A stretch of DNA of 37,016 nt, from assembly GCA_964632485.1 (NCBI GenBank), contig CAZWDO010000001.1, positions 419,631-456,646 of the forward strand. Reading direction: 5' to 3'. The stretch comes from an uncultured bacterium (lineage in GTDB: Bacteria; JAGOEH01). The position numbers and the translations under genes were made by a program. Below are positions 18,594 through 27,882 of this stretch, piece after piece. The notes under the pieces are model-generated. The model worked only from the letters and a program-made list of their open reading frames with translations, ran no database searches and was not told the DNA's origin. How positions within the stretch are numbered: position 1 is the first letter of the stretch; each line of letters begins with the position of its first letter.

Positions 18594-19703
18594 TTACGCA
18601 AAAGGATCGAAGAAAATGCGATCATTGGAAATACCATTTTTATTAAGTACAGCCATACAAGCTTTGACCATACCGGGACTACCGCAAAGATACCCCTGGG
18701 CTTGCGTCATATTGCGCTTACTAATATGGCGGTGCACGACATCGGTAATCAGGCCGGTTTCCCCTTTCCATTCTTCTTCAGCAGTGGGAGCAGAAAGCGC
18801 GGGAATGAAACGGAAATTTGGCGCTTGTCGTTGCAGTTCATTCATCTCATCGAGATAAAAAAGATCCTTAGTCGTGCGGGCCCCAAAGAAGAAAGTAGCT
18901 GGACGGGGATTTTGAGTTTGGACCATATCATGCAACAGAGAAACCATCGGCGCCATACCGGACCCCCCGGCGATCATGATAATTTCTCCCTCAGCGGGTC
19001 GCATGAAGAAATCACCCATCGGTCCGATGAAGGACACTTCATCACCTTCGCGCAAATGGCGATGCGCCCAAGTCGTGCAAATACCGTCAGGCACCTGTCG
19101 AATCATCAATTCAATATAATTTGGGGTAAATGACGGAGAACAAATTGAATAGGCGCGAATCACACTTTCTTTGACATCGCCATAAGGCTTGCTCTCCAGT
19201 TGTACATATTGCCCGGCCTTAAAATGGATCTGTTCGTTACTGCCAAGTCTTAACTGCAACAGTTTTATATCATAGGTCAGGTCTTTTAAAATAGCGACTC
19301 GGGCGCGAAATTGCCGGATATTAAAGAGTTCATCAGGGATTTCCATCATCATATTTCGCTTGAGCTTGACCTGGCAAGCCAATCTGATCTGGTTTTGCCG
19401 TTCTGTTTCACCCAGCAACGGTTCTTCAGTGGGTAAAAGATTCCCAGCTCCTTCGGTAATTTTGCATTTACAGTAGCCGCAGGTACCGCGTCCACCGCAA
19501 GCGGAGGGTAAATAAATTCCCTGGCTTTTCAATGTGGATAACAGGCTGCTACCCCCCTTGAGGGTTAATTTTTTTTCCTGGTTAATCGTAATCTCATAAT
19601 CCCCATAATTTGCGAAAATGCGCTCGGCCAGCGCCAGGATCAAAGCCAGCAATCCATTCAATCCGACCATCGCAGCGACCGTGATGAGTATATTCTGCAG
19701 CAT
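18594..19703 (-). CDS. nqrF: NqrF-like NADH-oxidising subunit (N-terminal TM, 2Fe-2S, FAD and NAD domains)
   Basis: CGGRGTCGYC...RLACQ, RAYS, AGGSGMAP, YLCG and C-terminal FDPF; last gene of the nqr-like operon. Confidence 0.85.
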   Translation of the reverse strand: MLQNILITVAAMVGLNGLLALILALAERIFANYGDYEITINQEKKLTLKGGSSLLSTLKSQGIYLPSACGGRGTCGYCKCKITEGAGNLLPTEEPLLGETERQNQIRLACQVKLKRNMMMEIPDELFNIRQFRARVAILKDLTYDIKLLQLRLGSNEQIHFKAGQYVQLESKPYGDVKESVIRAYSICSPSFTPNYIELMIRQVPDGICTTWAHRHLREGDEVSFIGPMGDFFMRPAEGEIIMIAGGSGMAPMVSLLHDMVQTQNPRPATFFFGARTTKDLFYLDEMNELQRQAPNFRFIPALSAPTAEEEWKGETGLITDVVHRHISKRNMTQAQGYLCGSPGMVKACMAVLNKNGISNDRIFFDPFA

Positions 19704-19723
19704 GTTGAATGTCCTTTCAATGA

Positions 19724-20314
19724 TTACTGGATTTGAACGATACCGGAGAAGCCGACAAAAGCGATAGCCATCAACCCGGAGATAATCAGCGTGATGCCGG
19801 GTCCACGCAACGCTTCAGGAACACGGCTCTCATTCATCCGTTGGCGAATACCAGCCAGGGCCAGAATGGCTAACAGCCAGCCCAAGCCACTGCCCGCGCC
19901 AAACAAAACGGATTGCAGAAAATTGTACTGCCGGATCACCATAAAAAGCGCCGCGCCAAAAATCGCGCAATTAACGGTGACCAACGGAAGAAAAATTCCC
20001 AACGTTATATATAAACCTTCCGAATAACGTTCGATAATCATTTCCAGCACCTGGACCACGGCGGCAATCACCACGATAAAAGCTACATACCACATATACT
20101 CAATACCCAGCGGCACAAGTAGATAATAATAGACCATATAATTGATGGCATTCGTGATGGTCATGACAAACGTAACCGCCATGCCCAATCCGGCGGCGGT
20201 TTTAACCTGCCGCGAAACTGATAGAAAAGAGCACATGCCCAAAAAATTACTGAGCAGGATATTGCTGGTGAAAATGGAAGCAAAGAAAATAACAAGCGGT
20301 GAGAGATTAGCCAT
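19724..20314 (-). CDS. nqrE: NqrE/RnfA-family membrane subunit
   Basis: FLGMC, LGIFLPLVTVNCAI, ALAGIRQR and GLMAIAFVGFSG motifs. Confidence 0.88.
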   Translation of the reverse strand: MANLSPLVIFFASIFTSNILLSNFLGMCSFLSVSRQVKTAAGLGMAVTFVMTITNAINYMVYYYLLVPLGIEYMWYVAFIVVIAAVVQVLEMIIERYSEGLYITLGIFLPLVTVNCAIFGAALFMVIRQYNFLQSVLFGAGSGLGWLLAILALAGIRQRMNESRVPEALRGPGITLIISGLMAIAFVGFSGIVQIQ

Positions 20315-20326
20315 AATTTTTACCTC

Positions 20327-20959
20327 CTATTTCACTTTTTTAGCGCTGAGGTTATTTGCCACCCAGATAAAAGAAGCGAGCATAAAAAATCCGCCCGGCG
20401 CCATGATCATAATTGCCCAGGAAACCCAGCCTTCACTATAACCCAGCGCTTTAAACAGCGGGTCTAAAAACGGGTACCCGAATACCGTGCCAAATCCCAG
20501 CAGTTCCCGAATGAAAGCGATAACCAACAGAATCCAGGAGTAGCCGATTCCCGACATAATACCGTCTATCAACGCCGGAATCGGTTTGTTGGCAGATGAA
20601 AAGGCTTCCAGACGCCCCATTACGATACAATTGGTGATAATCAAGCCCACATAGGGACCTAAAGCCCGGCTGATATTGGGGACATACGCTTTGAGGAAAA
20701 TATCAACAATGATGACGTAGCCGGCAATGATCAGGGTTTGAGTGATCATACGGACCCGGGGAGGAATCATATTGCGAATCAACGAGACCGTAAGCGCTGA
20801 CAGTCCGGTAGTAAACACAAGTCCGATTCCCATAATAAATGTATTAATAAAAAGGTTAGTTACCGCTAATGTCGAACAGATACCCAGAATCTGCACGGTT
20901 ACCGGATTTTCTTTCCAGAGATCATCCCGGACGATCTCTCCGATATTTTTAGTTTTCAT
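20327..20959 (-). CDS. nqrD: NqrD/RnfE-family membrane subunit
   Basis: NPVTVQILGICSTLAVT, YVGLIITNCIVMGRLEAF and RELLGFG motifs. Confidence 0.9.
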   Translation of the reverse strand: MKTKNIGEIVRDDLWKENPVTVQILGICSTLAVTNLFINTFIMGIGLVFTTGLSALTVSLIRNMIPPRVRMITQTLIIAGYVIIVDIFLKAYVPNISRALGPYVGLIITNCIVMGRLEAFSSANKPIPALIDGIMSGIGYSWILLVIAFIRELLGFGTVFGYPFLDPLFKALGYSEGWVSWAIMIMAPGGFFMLASFIWVANNLSAKKVK

Positions 20960-21708
20960 GGTTCCACTCCCGGGTTGACTATTTGACTAAGCCAATGAAC
21001 ATAAAAATGAATATCAAGGTTAACCATATCCAACACACCTTTCGAGGTCATACTGGCGCCGGTGATGGCTTCAATATCGGATGTGGGAGTTTCCAGATTA
21101 CGTGTGGTTTTTTTACTAACTAAACGGACCGCATGAGAGTTGTTGGATAAAGAACTAATATCCAATCCGCGGAAATGCCGTTTGAACCATTCTTCCATGA
21201 TGCGAGCGCCTAATCCCGGAGTTTCGCTTTGATGAATAAAATCGATCCCGACCATCCGCTGGAAATCCGGCGCAATCACACCGAATGCCTGGATGGATCC
21301 CCATAAGCCTTTTCCATATAGTAAAATGCCATAGCCGATCAGATTGCCGACGCTGTCGCGTCCGATATAAACCGGGATAGAATCGTTCCAGGGTAACATG
21401 GTTCCATCCAATCCCTGTCGATCCTTTGAAGTGAGCGCATAGGTTTTCAACTGAATATGCGTGTTGAAGCTTTGAAGTACCTGATCTTCCCGCCATGGTA
21501 AATCAGCGGTTCCAATACCAGGCGCCAGGGAATTTCCGTCAATCCCGGGTGGTAACAAATTAAACCCATACAATACCGACTGATAAAATTCTATTTTTTG
21601 ATTAAGCTCAATCCGTTCCCGTGTGGTTTCATTTAATATGGCCAACGCCGTTATGAAAACGGTTGAAATGATCAGCATAAATAGTATCATTGAAATTGCT
21701 TTTTTCAT
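20956..21708 (-). CDS. nqrC: NqrC/RnfG-family FMN-binding subunit
   Basis: N-terminal TM, GKGLWG, ETPGLG and the flavinylation-type motif EAITGASMTS. Confidence 0.87.
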   Translation of the reverse strand: MKKAISMILFMLIISTVFITALAILNETTRERIELNQKIEFYQSVLYGFNLLPPGIDGNSLAPGIGTADLPWREDQVLQSFNTHIQLKTYALTSKDRQGLDGTMLPWNDSIPVYIGRDSVGNLIGYGILLYGKGLWGSIQAFGVIAPDFQRMVGIDFIHQSETPGLGARIMEEWFKRHFRGLDISSLSNNSHAVRLVSKKTTRNLETPTSDIEAITGASMTSKGVLDMVNLDIHFYVHWLSQIVNPGVEP

Positions 21709-21718
21709 CGTCCCTCCT

Positions 21719-22687
21719 CTAAGCCTTCTTAAATATCAGATCGATGATGGGATTGAACATGTTCCCCAGGAGAATCGCGAACATCATTCCTTCGGGAAAA
21801 AGCGAAAACGATCGGATGATGATAGTGAAAAAAGCGACAAGAAAACCGTAAATCCACTGGCCGGAATCAGTTTTCGCCGCGGAAACCGGATCGGTGAGCA
21901 TATAGAAAGCCCCCAGGATAATACCACCGGAAAGCAGTCCGTAAAGCAAATCCGGAGTTTTAAGGGGGAAAAGCGCATGGAAGATCGGCTGCATGACCAG
22001 AAACGACGTAAAAAAACTCAGAACAATTCGCCAATTGGAAATTTTTTTAAAAAGCAGCCACCCCCCACCCAAGATCAAAAGCAGAGCTGAAGTCTCGCCA
22101 ATACAGCCGCCGCCGATCGGCAGCGTTTCTCCAAGTTTGACTACCGTTCCATTAATATTGCCAAAAAGAAGTTTATAATAAGGAAGTTGGATCGATAGCC
22201 CGTCCCTGAATATGGAGAGCGGAGTGGCGCTGGTCAGGGCGTCGAATTGATAGCGCCAGGCAGCCAATCCAGCGGGAAACTGAGTAAAATCAGCCGCGCT
22301 GGTCCAATGCGCCGTCATTTGGGTCGGAAAAGCGATATAGATAAAAGCCCGTCCCGCAAGGGCCGGATTGAAAATATTAAAGCCGAATCCGCCAAAAGCC
22401 ATCTTGGCGAAAATGACGGCAAAAATGCAGCCGACGGTAACAATCCATAACGGAATAGACGGGGGAAGAGTCATAGCAAATAAAGTAGCGGTCACCCATA
22501 CCGCTTCGGACACTTTGGCTGTTTTTTTAGAACGGACAAACAACCATTCTGTTATCGTACACGTAATCATCGAAGTCAACCACACAACCAGAGTGTACCA
22601 GCCATAAAAAAAAATACCGGCAACGATGGCCGGTATTAAACTATATACAACCTGCCGCATGACGGGTTGTTTTTGAAACTGTATCAT
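21719..22687 (-). CDS. nqrB: NqrB/RnfD-family membrane subunit
   Basis: KMAFGGFGFNIFNPAL, DALTSATPL (FMN site), GCIGETS, MLTDPVS and PEGMMFAILLGN motifs; AAGGAGG RBS. Confidence 0.88.
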   Translation of the reverse strand: MIQFQKQPVMRQVVYSLIPAIVAGIFFYGWYTLVVWLTSMITCTITEWLFVRSKKTAKVSEAVWVTATLFAMTLPPSIPLWIVTVGCIFAVIFAKMAFGGFGFNIFNPALAGRAFIYIAFPTQMTAHWTSAADFTQFPAGLAAWRYQFDALTSATPLSIFRDGLSIQLPYYKLLFGNINGTVVKLGETLPIGGGCIGETSALLLILGGGWLLFKKISNWRIVLSFFTSFLVMQPIFHALFPLKTPDLLYGLLSGGIILGAFYMLTDPVSAAKTDSGQWIYGFLVAFFTIIIRSFSLFPEGMMFAILLGNMFNPIIDLIFKKA

Positions 22688-22734
22688 ATTCCTCCTTGGG
22701 CTTATGCCTTTTTCATGCTGTACCCCCGCTCCTC

Positions 22735-22998
22735 GTCATTCCGGCCTCCGTCATTCCGGGCTTGACTCGGAATCCATGGGTCATCTCCCTCCGTCATTCC
22801 CGCGGAAGCGGGAATCCATCTTTCCCCTCGCCCCCTTAGGGGAGAGGGCAGGGTGAGGGGGATTGTCATTCCGGCGACACTCTCCGTCATTCCGGGCTTG
22901 ACCCAGAATCCATGGGTCACCTCCCTCCGTCATTCCAGCGGAAGCGGGAATCCATCTTTCCCCTCGCCCCTTGGGGGAGAGGGCGGGTGAGGGGGGAA
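22735..22998. repeat. Tandem duplication (two units of about 130 bp) of a composite REP-like palindrome cluster
   Basis: Units 22735-22862 and 22865-22998 each contain GTCATTCCGGGCTTGAC..GAATCCA, GTCATTCC(C/A)GCGGAAGCGGGAATCCA and CCCTCGCCCC..GGGGAGAGGG..GGGTGAGGGG. Confidence 0.9.
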
Positions 22999-23574
22999 TC
23001 AATAATTCTCTTCCATTAATTCGAAAAACGACTGAGGGTGAAGACATGCCGGACAGGTTTTCGGCGCCTCGCCGCCCTCGGCAGTATAACCGCAATTGCG
23101 GCATTTCCAAACCATCGGTTTTTCTTTTTTGAAGACCATACCCTTTTCAATGTTATCAACCAATTTATTGTATCGGTTCTCATGCGCTACTTCGACCAAC
23201 GCAATCATTCGAAAAGCGGCGGCAATTTCTTTGAATCCTTCATTTTCAGCGATTTGAGCGAACTCGGGATATAAAACCGTGTGTTCATGGTGTTCTCCAG
23301 CCGCCGCTGCTTTCAGGTTCTCCAGGGTCGTCCCGATCATGCCAGCGGGGTAAGCCGCTGTAATTTCAACATCCCCGCCCTCAAGAAACTTGAAAAAGCG
23401 CTTGGCATGTTCTTTTTCATTCTCCGCCGTTTCCTGAAAAATAGCGCAAATCTGCTCGTAACCTTCTTTTTTAGCTTGTGAAGCAAAATAATTATAACGA
23501 TTTCGAGCTTGAGACTCGCCCGCAAAGGAAGCTAGTAAATTTTTTTCTGTTTGAGTTCCTTTTAAACTCGGCAT
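22999..23574 (-). CDS. rbr: Rubrerythrin
   Basis: FAGESQARNRY, ENEKEHA, EVAHE and C-terminal WKCRNCG...CPACLHP. Confidence 0.96.
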   Translation of the reverse strand: MPSLKGTQTEKNLLASFAGESQARNRYNYFASQAKKEGYEQICAIFQETAENEKEHAKRFFKFLEGGDVEITAAYPAGMIGTTLENLKAAAAGEHHEHTVLYPEFAQIAENEGFKEIAAAFRMIALVEVAHENRYNKLVDNIEKGMVFKKEKPMVWKCRNCGYTAEGGEAPKTCPACLHPQSFFELMEENY

Positions 23575-23595
23575 ATTCTATCCTTTCTCTGTTAT

Positions 23596-23642
23596 GTCAT
23601 TCCGATCGCTATTATGTCATTCCGGGCTTAACCCGGAATCCA
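23596..23642. repeat. REP-like palindrome with a partial duplicate
   Basis: GTCATTCCGGGCTTAACCCGGAATCCA (23616-42), preceded by a direct repeat of TTATGTCATTCCG. Confidence 0.8.
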
Positions 23643-23678
23643 CAGGTAAAAAATTCAGCGGTTTTCAGCCCGCGTTGC

Positions 23679-23939
23679 TCAGTCCTCAACTTCCAAATTT
23701 TCCAGTTTTGCTTTGACACCGGGCAATAAATTCAACTTACGGGTCATTTCCTGATGTTTATCCGGATCACCCACTAACTCCAAAATAATCAAACCGTGTT
23801 CCGTGCAGTTATCCAGCACGCCATCGTGAATGCCCAGCCGGGTCTTGATCAGGCATCCCCATTCGGTTAAAATCTGTTGGACTTTCACAGCGGATTGTTT
23901 CCGTCCGTCCACCAGAACCAGCAATAGGTCTTTCTTCAT
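23679..23939 (-). CDS. Small ACT-like protein (TM1266 / iron-only hydrogenase regulator-like)
   Basis: VQQILTEWGCLIKTRLGIH...GLIILEL signature; AAGGAGG RBS. Confidence 0.75.
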   Translation of the reverse strand: MKKDLLLVLVDGRKQSAVKVQQILTEWGCLIKTRLGIHDGVLDNCTEHGLIILELVGDPDKHQEMTRKLNLLPGVKAKLENLEVED

Positions 23940-23968
23940 GGCATCCTCCTTACATTAAATTATTTATT

Positions 23969-24138
23969 GTCATTCCCGCACAATTGGAAATCCATTTTTT
24001 CCTTTATTCCTTGCAGCGGCGCGGCTTCAGCTTTCTTTTGTCTGTCATTCCGGGCTCCGATCCTGCATCCACGAGTAACCATCAGCGTCATGCCGGACAC
24101 CGATTGCCAGTGCGGCTCCGCACCCGGCATCCACGGGT
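23969..24138. repeat. Cluster of degenerate GTCAT-headed REP-like palindromes
   Basis: Copies start at 23969, 24044 and 24087. Confidence 0.75.
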
Positions 24139-24175
24139 TATGCACCCATCAATCCCCGGCGCTGCTTCAATCTCC

Positions 24176-24203
24176 AATATAACTATTTCGTGTCCCCTGT
24201 CAA
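24176..24203 (-). promoter_or_regulatory. Putative sigma70 promoter upstream of the ACT-like and rubrerythrin genes
   Basis: Minus strand TTGACA (24203-198), 16 nt, TATATT (24181-176). Confidence 0.5.
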
Positions 24204-24246
24204 GTTAATAAAAAATTTATCTGAATATTGATCGCCATACAATTGA

Positions 24247-24471
24247 TCACAACGCACCGTAAAATTCATCAAGCGAGATACCGATATCCTTCGCGATTTG
24301 GCGAACTATTAAAGGCGAGATATCCCTTCCTTGATGAACTGGCAATGTTGTCGCCCTTCCATCAACATGACGAAAAAGTCTATGGGACCCTTTCTGCCTT
24401 CGTTCAGTAAATCCCAACTTTTTTAAAATAGCTATCAACTCAAATGGCTTTAAAACCGGATACTTTCCCAT
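24247..24471 (-). CDS. hicA: HicA-family toxin
   Basis: LKKLGF..RQKGSH..FRH..TTLPVH..DI motif; 74 aa. Confidence 0.92.
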   Translation of the reverse strand: MGKYPVLKPFELIAILKKLGFTERRQKGSHRLFRHVDGRATTLPVHQGRDISPLIVRQIAKDIGISLDEFYGAL

Positions 24472-24474
24472 CTC

Positions 24475-24684
24475 TCAAGCAACCATGATATTCTGAATGC
24501 CAACAAATTGCGAATCTGAATCCGGTTCGCCTTCTTCTAATAGCATGCCAATAACTTCCTGAAGATTTTCATTCAATTCATCCAAGGTTTTTGCCTGAGA
24601 ATGCGCTCCCGGGAAACCCGGAACGTATCCCACATATAGTCCGGTATCATGACATCTTTCAATCACAGCGCTATATACCTTCAT
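24475..24684 (-). CDS. hicB: HicB-family antitoxin (short form, no DNA-binding domain)
   Basis: YSAVIERC..YVGYVPGFPGAHSQAKTLDELNENLQE. ATG at 24684 has an AAGGAG RBS; the track start at 24726 overlaps the upstream gene. Confidence 0.9.
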   Translation of the reverse strand: MKVYSAVIERCHDTGLYVGYVPGFPGAHSQAKTLDELNENLQEVIGMLLEEGEPDSDSQFVGIQNIMVA

Positions 24685-24709
24685 GGCATTCTCCTTTTGA
24701 CGCACATTT

Positions 24710-25657
24710 TCAATTGCCTGTCGCACGCTCAGCCAGAAAACTATAAACCCGACGCGAAAGCTCCTTCATCAGCGGCAGGGCGCGTTCTTCGGGCACGGGC
24801 AGGAAACAGGCGATCGCATAGTGGACCCGACCATCCCGAACGATGCCCGCATCATGGGTCCAATAGGCGTACCAGCCGGTTTTGTTGTAGAACATGGTCG
24901 TCCTTGGCAGTCCCGCCGCTAATTTTGAATTATCCAGTTGCCGGCCCAGGTAGGATTTTAGTTTGAGGCTGACCCAGTTTGAAATCAGTTGGTATTGCTC
25001 AATACGCACCATGAAATCGACGGCATGGAGAGCGCAGGTCTCCGTGCCTCGAACCGTGTCATAACCCGGGTCCTCGAATTTCCTGCTCAGGAATTTGCGG
25101 GTGACCTCGCTGCCGAACCAACCGTAACGGTGCATGATGGAATCGATAAAAGGGCGTCTGGCCAGATCGATCACGCAGTTGGCGGCGGTATTGTCGCTGC
25201 GCGAGATCATCAGATCGAGCAGGTAATCGATCGTAACCGTATCGCCTTCTCGCAGAACCGGTCGTGGGTCAAAGGAGATTTCGCTGCTATGATCCCGTAC
25301 GTTAGGGGCATGCAAAACATAAGAATCGTACAAACCATGCTGGCCATTTTCAATCGCCGCCAACAATCCCATAGCCGCATACATTTTATAGACACTGGCT
25401 GGATAAATGAAATTATCGGCATGAACGCCCCCCCAGCGCGGTGTCTTTTGCGACAAATCTACCACTGCCAGCGAAATGGTTTCCATACCATCCTCACCGA
25501 CATCAAACACACTGTCAAGCTGCAAATCGTGAACGATGGCCGCCAACTCGCGTGTCAGCCCGGCATCTTCCCGCCACTCATTCGGTGCTCCAGCTTGCGC
25601 TTCAATAATTAATCCATTCAAAGTAAAAAATAAGCAAAACAAACAAATATTTTTCAT
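24710..25657 (-). CDS. Secreted serine hydrolase, class A beta-lactamase-like fold
   Basis: Signal peptide; SVYK (SxxK), SDN, NKTG and HDAGIV motifs. Confidence 0.87.
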   Translation of the reverse strand: MKNICLFCLFFTLNGLIIEAQAGAPNEWREDAGLTRELAAIVHDLQLDSVFDVGEDGMETISLAVVDLSQKTPRWGGVHADNFIYPASVYKMYAAMGLLAAIENGQHGLYDSYVLHAPNVRDHSSEISFDPRPVLREGDTVTIDYLLDLMISRSDNTAANCVIDLARRPFIDSIMHRYGWFGSEVTRKFLSRKFEDPGYDTVRGTETCALHAVDFMVRIEQYQLISNWVSLKLKSYLGRQLDNSKLAAGLPRTTMFYNKTGWYAYWTHDAGIVRDGRVHYAIACFLPVPEERALPLMKELSRRVYSFLAERATGN

Positions 25658-25895
25658 ATCTATTTCCTTGGTAATCGAATTTACCCAATTGAAAGCTATT
25701 AAAGCGCGTTAAGCGGTTAGCTATTCAACACAGCTATAGAAACTACCAGCGACACAGGTAGAAAACTTCCGATACTCGTCAGCCAGGTTGTTTTAAAAAA
25801 GCCTTGCATGGAGATGCAATATCTGGATAGGACTGCTAAACATACTGGTTAATGATAGCTAATTTAACGGCTAATAGGATAGCGCCCAGCAAATA

Positions 25896-26954
25896 TCAGA
25901 GTATCGATTGAAATAGCTGGTCCCAAAGTAAAAATACTTTATCCTGACTATAAGTCAAACTCGCAAATTCATGGGTTTTATCCGCCATACGCTGACGCTC
26001 TTCAACAGATATATAGCTAAACTGCAAAAGCTTTACTTCCCACTGCTCGAGTGAGGCGCATACCATATCGATTCCAGCGCTATTCATCATGCGCGTATAC
26101 GCCGGAGTCGCGCTGGTCAGAGTTGGAATGCCAATCTGCCAGAACAATACTAATTTATTTTCAGGTTTACCCATAGCCAATCTATCATCGGGATCAATTG
26201 GAATAATCGCCAGATCACATTGAGTGATCATATCTACAAAACTCTCTTTTTTCCACTCATGAAAGATAATGGGGCATTTAACCGACTTAAAAATATTCAA
26301 AGTTTTTCGACAAAAAAAACGTTTCGCATACGCATAATAAAACGGATCGGTTACAATGTGAAGTTCTACCTGATCAGCCAGTCGATTTAATATCTCTTTG
26401 ATTATCAGTATATTAAATGCCGTGTAGGGTTGTCCCTCCCATACGAGTTTTAACCGCTTTCCCTGAGTATATTCATTCTTTCTGGATGCAATTTCGTTAG
26501 CGAACACATCAAGACTGATATGAACATTTTTATTCCACCGCTTAATATATGTTTTTTGTTCATCCGTGGAACACACAACCGCATCCGCGACTTGGCAAAT
26601 TTGACGGATGGCCGTTCGATAATTCCAGTAGAAACGGCTGCTATTACCGCATAGAAATTTTCCTATACCACGCAACTGTGATTTCAAAGACCATGATTCG
26701 AAAAAATAAGAATCCACCAATTCAAAAATGACGCGAGTTCTATCTCCATATTTCGTTTTATAATTGATCCAGCGCGGAATATCACAATTATAAGTAAGAT
26801 AAACAATATCATACCAATCATTCGGATCGGCAACGGCAAATGGCACCCTACGATTATCGGCCCATGCGCAAAAACGACGGCGGTCTCCGGGTTCGCTTAA
26901 ATCACTGCTTAGAGGCCCATAACCAATTTTTTTTTCTCGCAAACTACCGTTCAT
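25896..26954 (-). CDS. Putative GT-B glycosyltransferase
   Basis: ADAVVCST, LVWEG and CDLAIIP...KPENKL..FWQIGIP motifs; end of the sugar cluster. Confidence 0.65.
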   Translation of the reverse strand: MNGSLREKKIGYGPLSSDLSEPGDRRRFCAWADNRRVPFAVADPNDWYDIVYLTYNCDIPRWINYKTKYGDRTRVIFELVDSYFFESWSLKSQLRGIGKFLCGNSSRFYWNYRTAIRQICQVADAVVCSTDEQKTYIKRWNKNVHISLDVFANEIASRKNEYTQGKRLKLVWEGQPYTAFNILIIKEILNRLADQVELHIVTDPFYYAYAKRFFCRKTLNIFKSVKCPIIFHEWKKESFVDMITQCDLAIIPIDPDDRLAMGKPENKLVLFWQIGIPTLTSATPAYTRMMNSAGIDMVCASLEQWEVKLLQFSYISVEERQRMADKTHEFASLTYSQDKVFLLWDQLFQSIL

Positions 26955-27873
26955 TCACCAAATCCTGACCTTGATAGAGAAACCAGTCCACGGATTTTTT
27001 AAGTCCAAGATCAAGGGGAGTAACCGAAAAGTTCGGTATAATACTGATCAATCGTTTCAACGAGGGTTGTATCACCGGATAATCGGTTACCTGATGGTTT
27101 TCAACAATCAAGTTGCTCTTGCCCATAATCTCTCCAATCAATCGACAAATTTCATAAATTGAAACCGTATGCCCTGATCCACAATTGATGGCTCCTTCGA
27201 GATCACTGAACAATATAGCGCATAATTGTTCGGCTAGATCATTAGTATAAATATAGTCTCGGCGAGCGCCGCCATTTTTCGGTTCAAAAAAAACCCCCCG
27301 GGAAAGAGCGTCAATCACTTTACCAATCAGTCGCTGAGGTCGATCATGCGGACCATAGACAAAGAAAATCCGGGGCCAGGCAAACTCAGTTTGTTCTTTT
27401 TTAAAGAATTCGGTCAACTTATCATAGAGTTCGGTTTTGCATTGCGCATAAAGAGTTTCCGGTAAACGAGGCGTGGCTTCTTCATCACAGAACTCGGTCA
27501 ACACCTGGCCATATTCCAGACAAGTGCCAACAGCGATAAACCGTTTACCTCCGCAACGGGCAAATGTTTTTGCGAATTCAAAAGAAGCGTCCCGCCATTC
27601 TATATTGATGCGCGCGTTCAAATAGTCCCGAGGATTGGTGTACCAGGCCAGATGCAAACAGATATCTGGATCGATAGTCTTTAATAAATTCTCCAGGTTT
27701 TTCGCATATGCCCCGCTCGACAATAGATTAAATTGATGAAAAAAATATCCCGATTTTTGACAATTCCACGGATGAATATCCAGATGATGGAGTTCGACAG
27801 GCCACCCCAGCAGCCGATAGGCCACAAATCTACCAATAAAACCATTGGCGCCGGTAATCAGTATGCGTTTCAT
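26944..27873 (-). CDS. NAD(P)-dependent epimerase/4-ketoreductase (extended SDR)
   Basis: ITGANGFIG, HLAW, GTCLEYG, YAQCK (YxxxK) and RDYIY motifs. Confidence 0.88.
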   Translation of the reverse strand: MKRILITGANGFIGRFVAYRLLGWPVELHHLDIHPWNCQKSGYFFHQFNLLSSGAYAKNLENLLKTIDPDICLHLAWYTNPRDYLNARINIEWRDASFEFAKTFARCGGKRFIAVGTCLEYGQVLTEFCDEEATPRLPETLYAQCKTELYDKLTEFFKKEQTEFAWPRIFFVYGPHDRPQRLIGKVIDALSRGVFFEPKNGGARRDYIYTNDLAEQLCAILFSDLEGAINCGSGHTVSIYEICRLIGEIMGKSNLIVENHQVTDYPVIQPSLKRLISIIPNFSVTPLDLGLKKSVDWFLYQGQDLVNER

Positions 27874-27882
27874 TCTATTTCG

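Noticed and set aside
22735-22998. Repeats here and at 33721-33876 as CRISPR arrays
   Set aside because: There are no unique, regularly sized spacers, the units are mixed palindrome types, and no cas genes are present.
22702-23110. ORFs 22702-22920 and 22781-23110 (also 23960-24208 and 33637-34070)
   Set aside because: They are translations of REP-like palindromes (WIPASAGMT, VIPGLTRNP), not credible proteins.
24710-25657. Bona fide class A beta-lactamase resistance gene
   Set aside because: SxxK/SDN/KTG are present but there is no recognisable omega-loop ExxLN, so it is better called a generic serine hydrolase.
25707-25869. Imperfect terminal inverted repeat (CGTTAA..TTAGCTAT / ATAGCTAA.TTAACG) as a MITE, sRNA or integron cassette
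   Set aside because: The match is short and AT-rich, it is single copy in the window, and there is no target duplication or attC structure.
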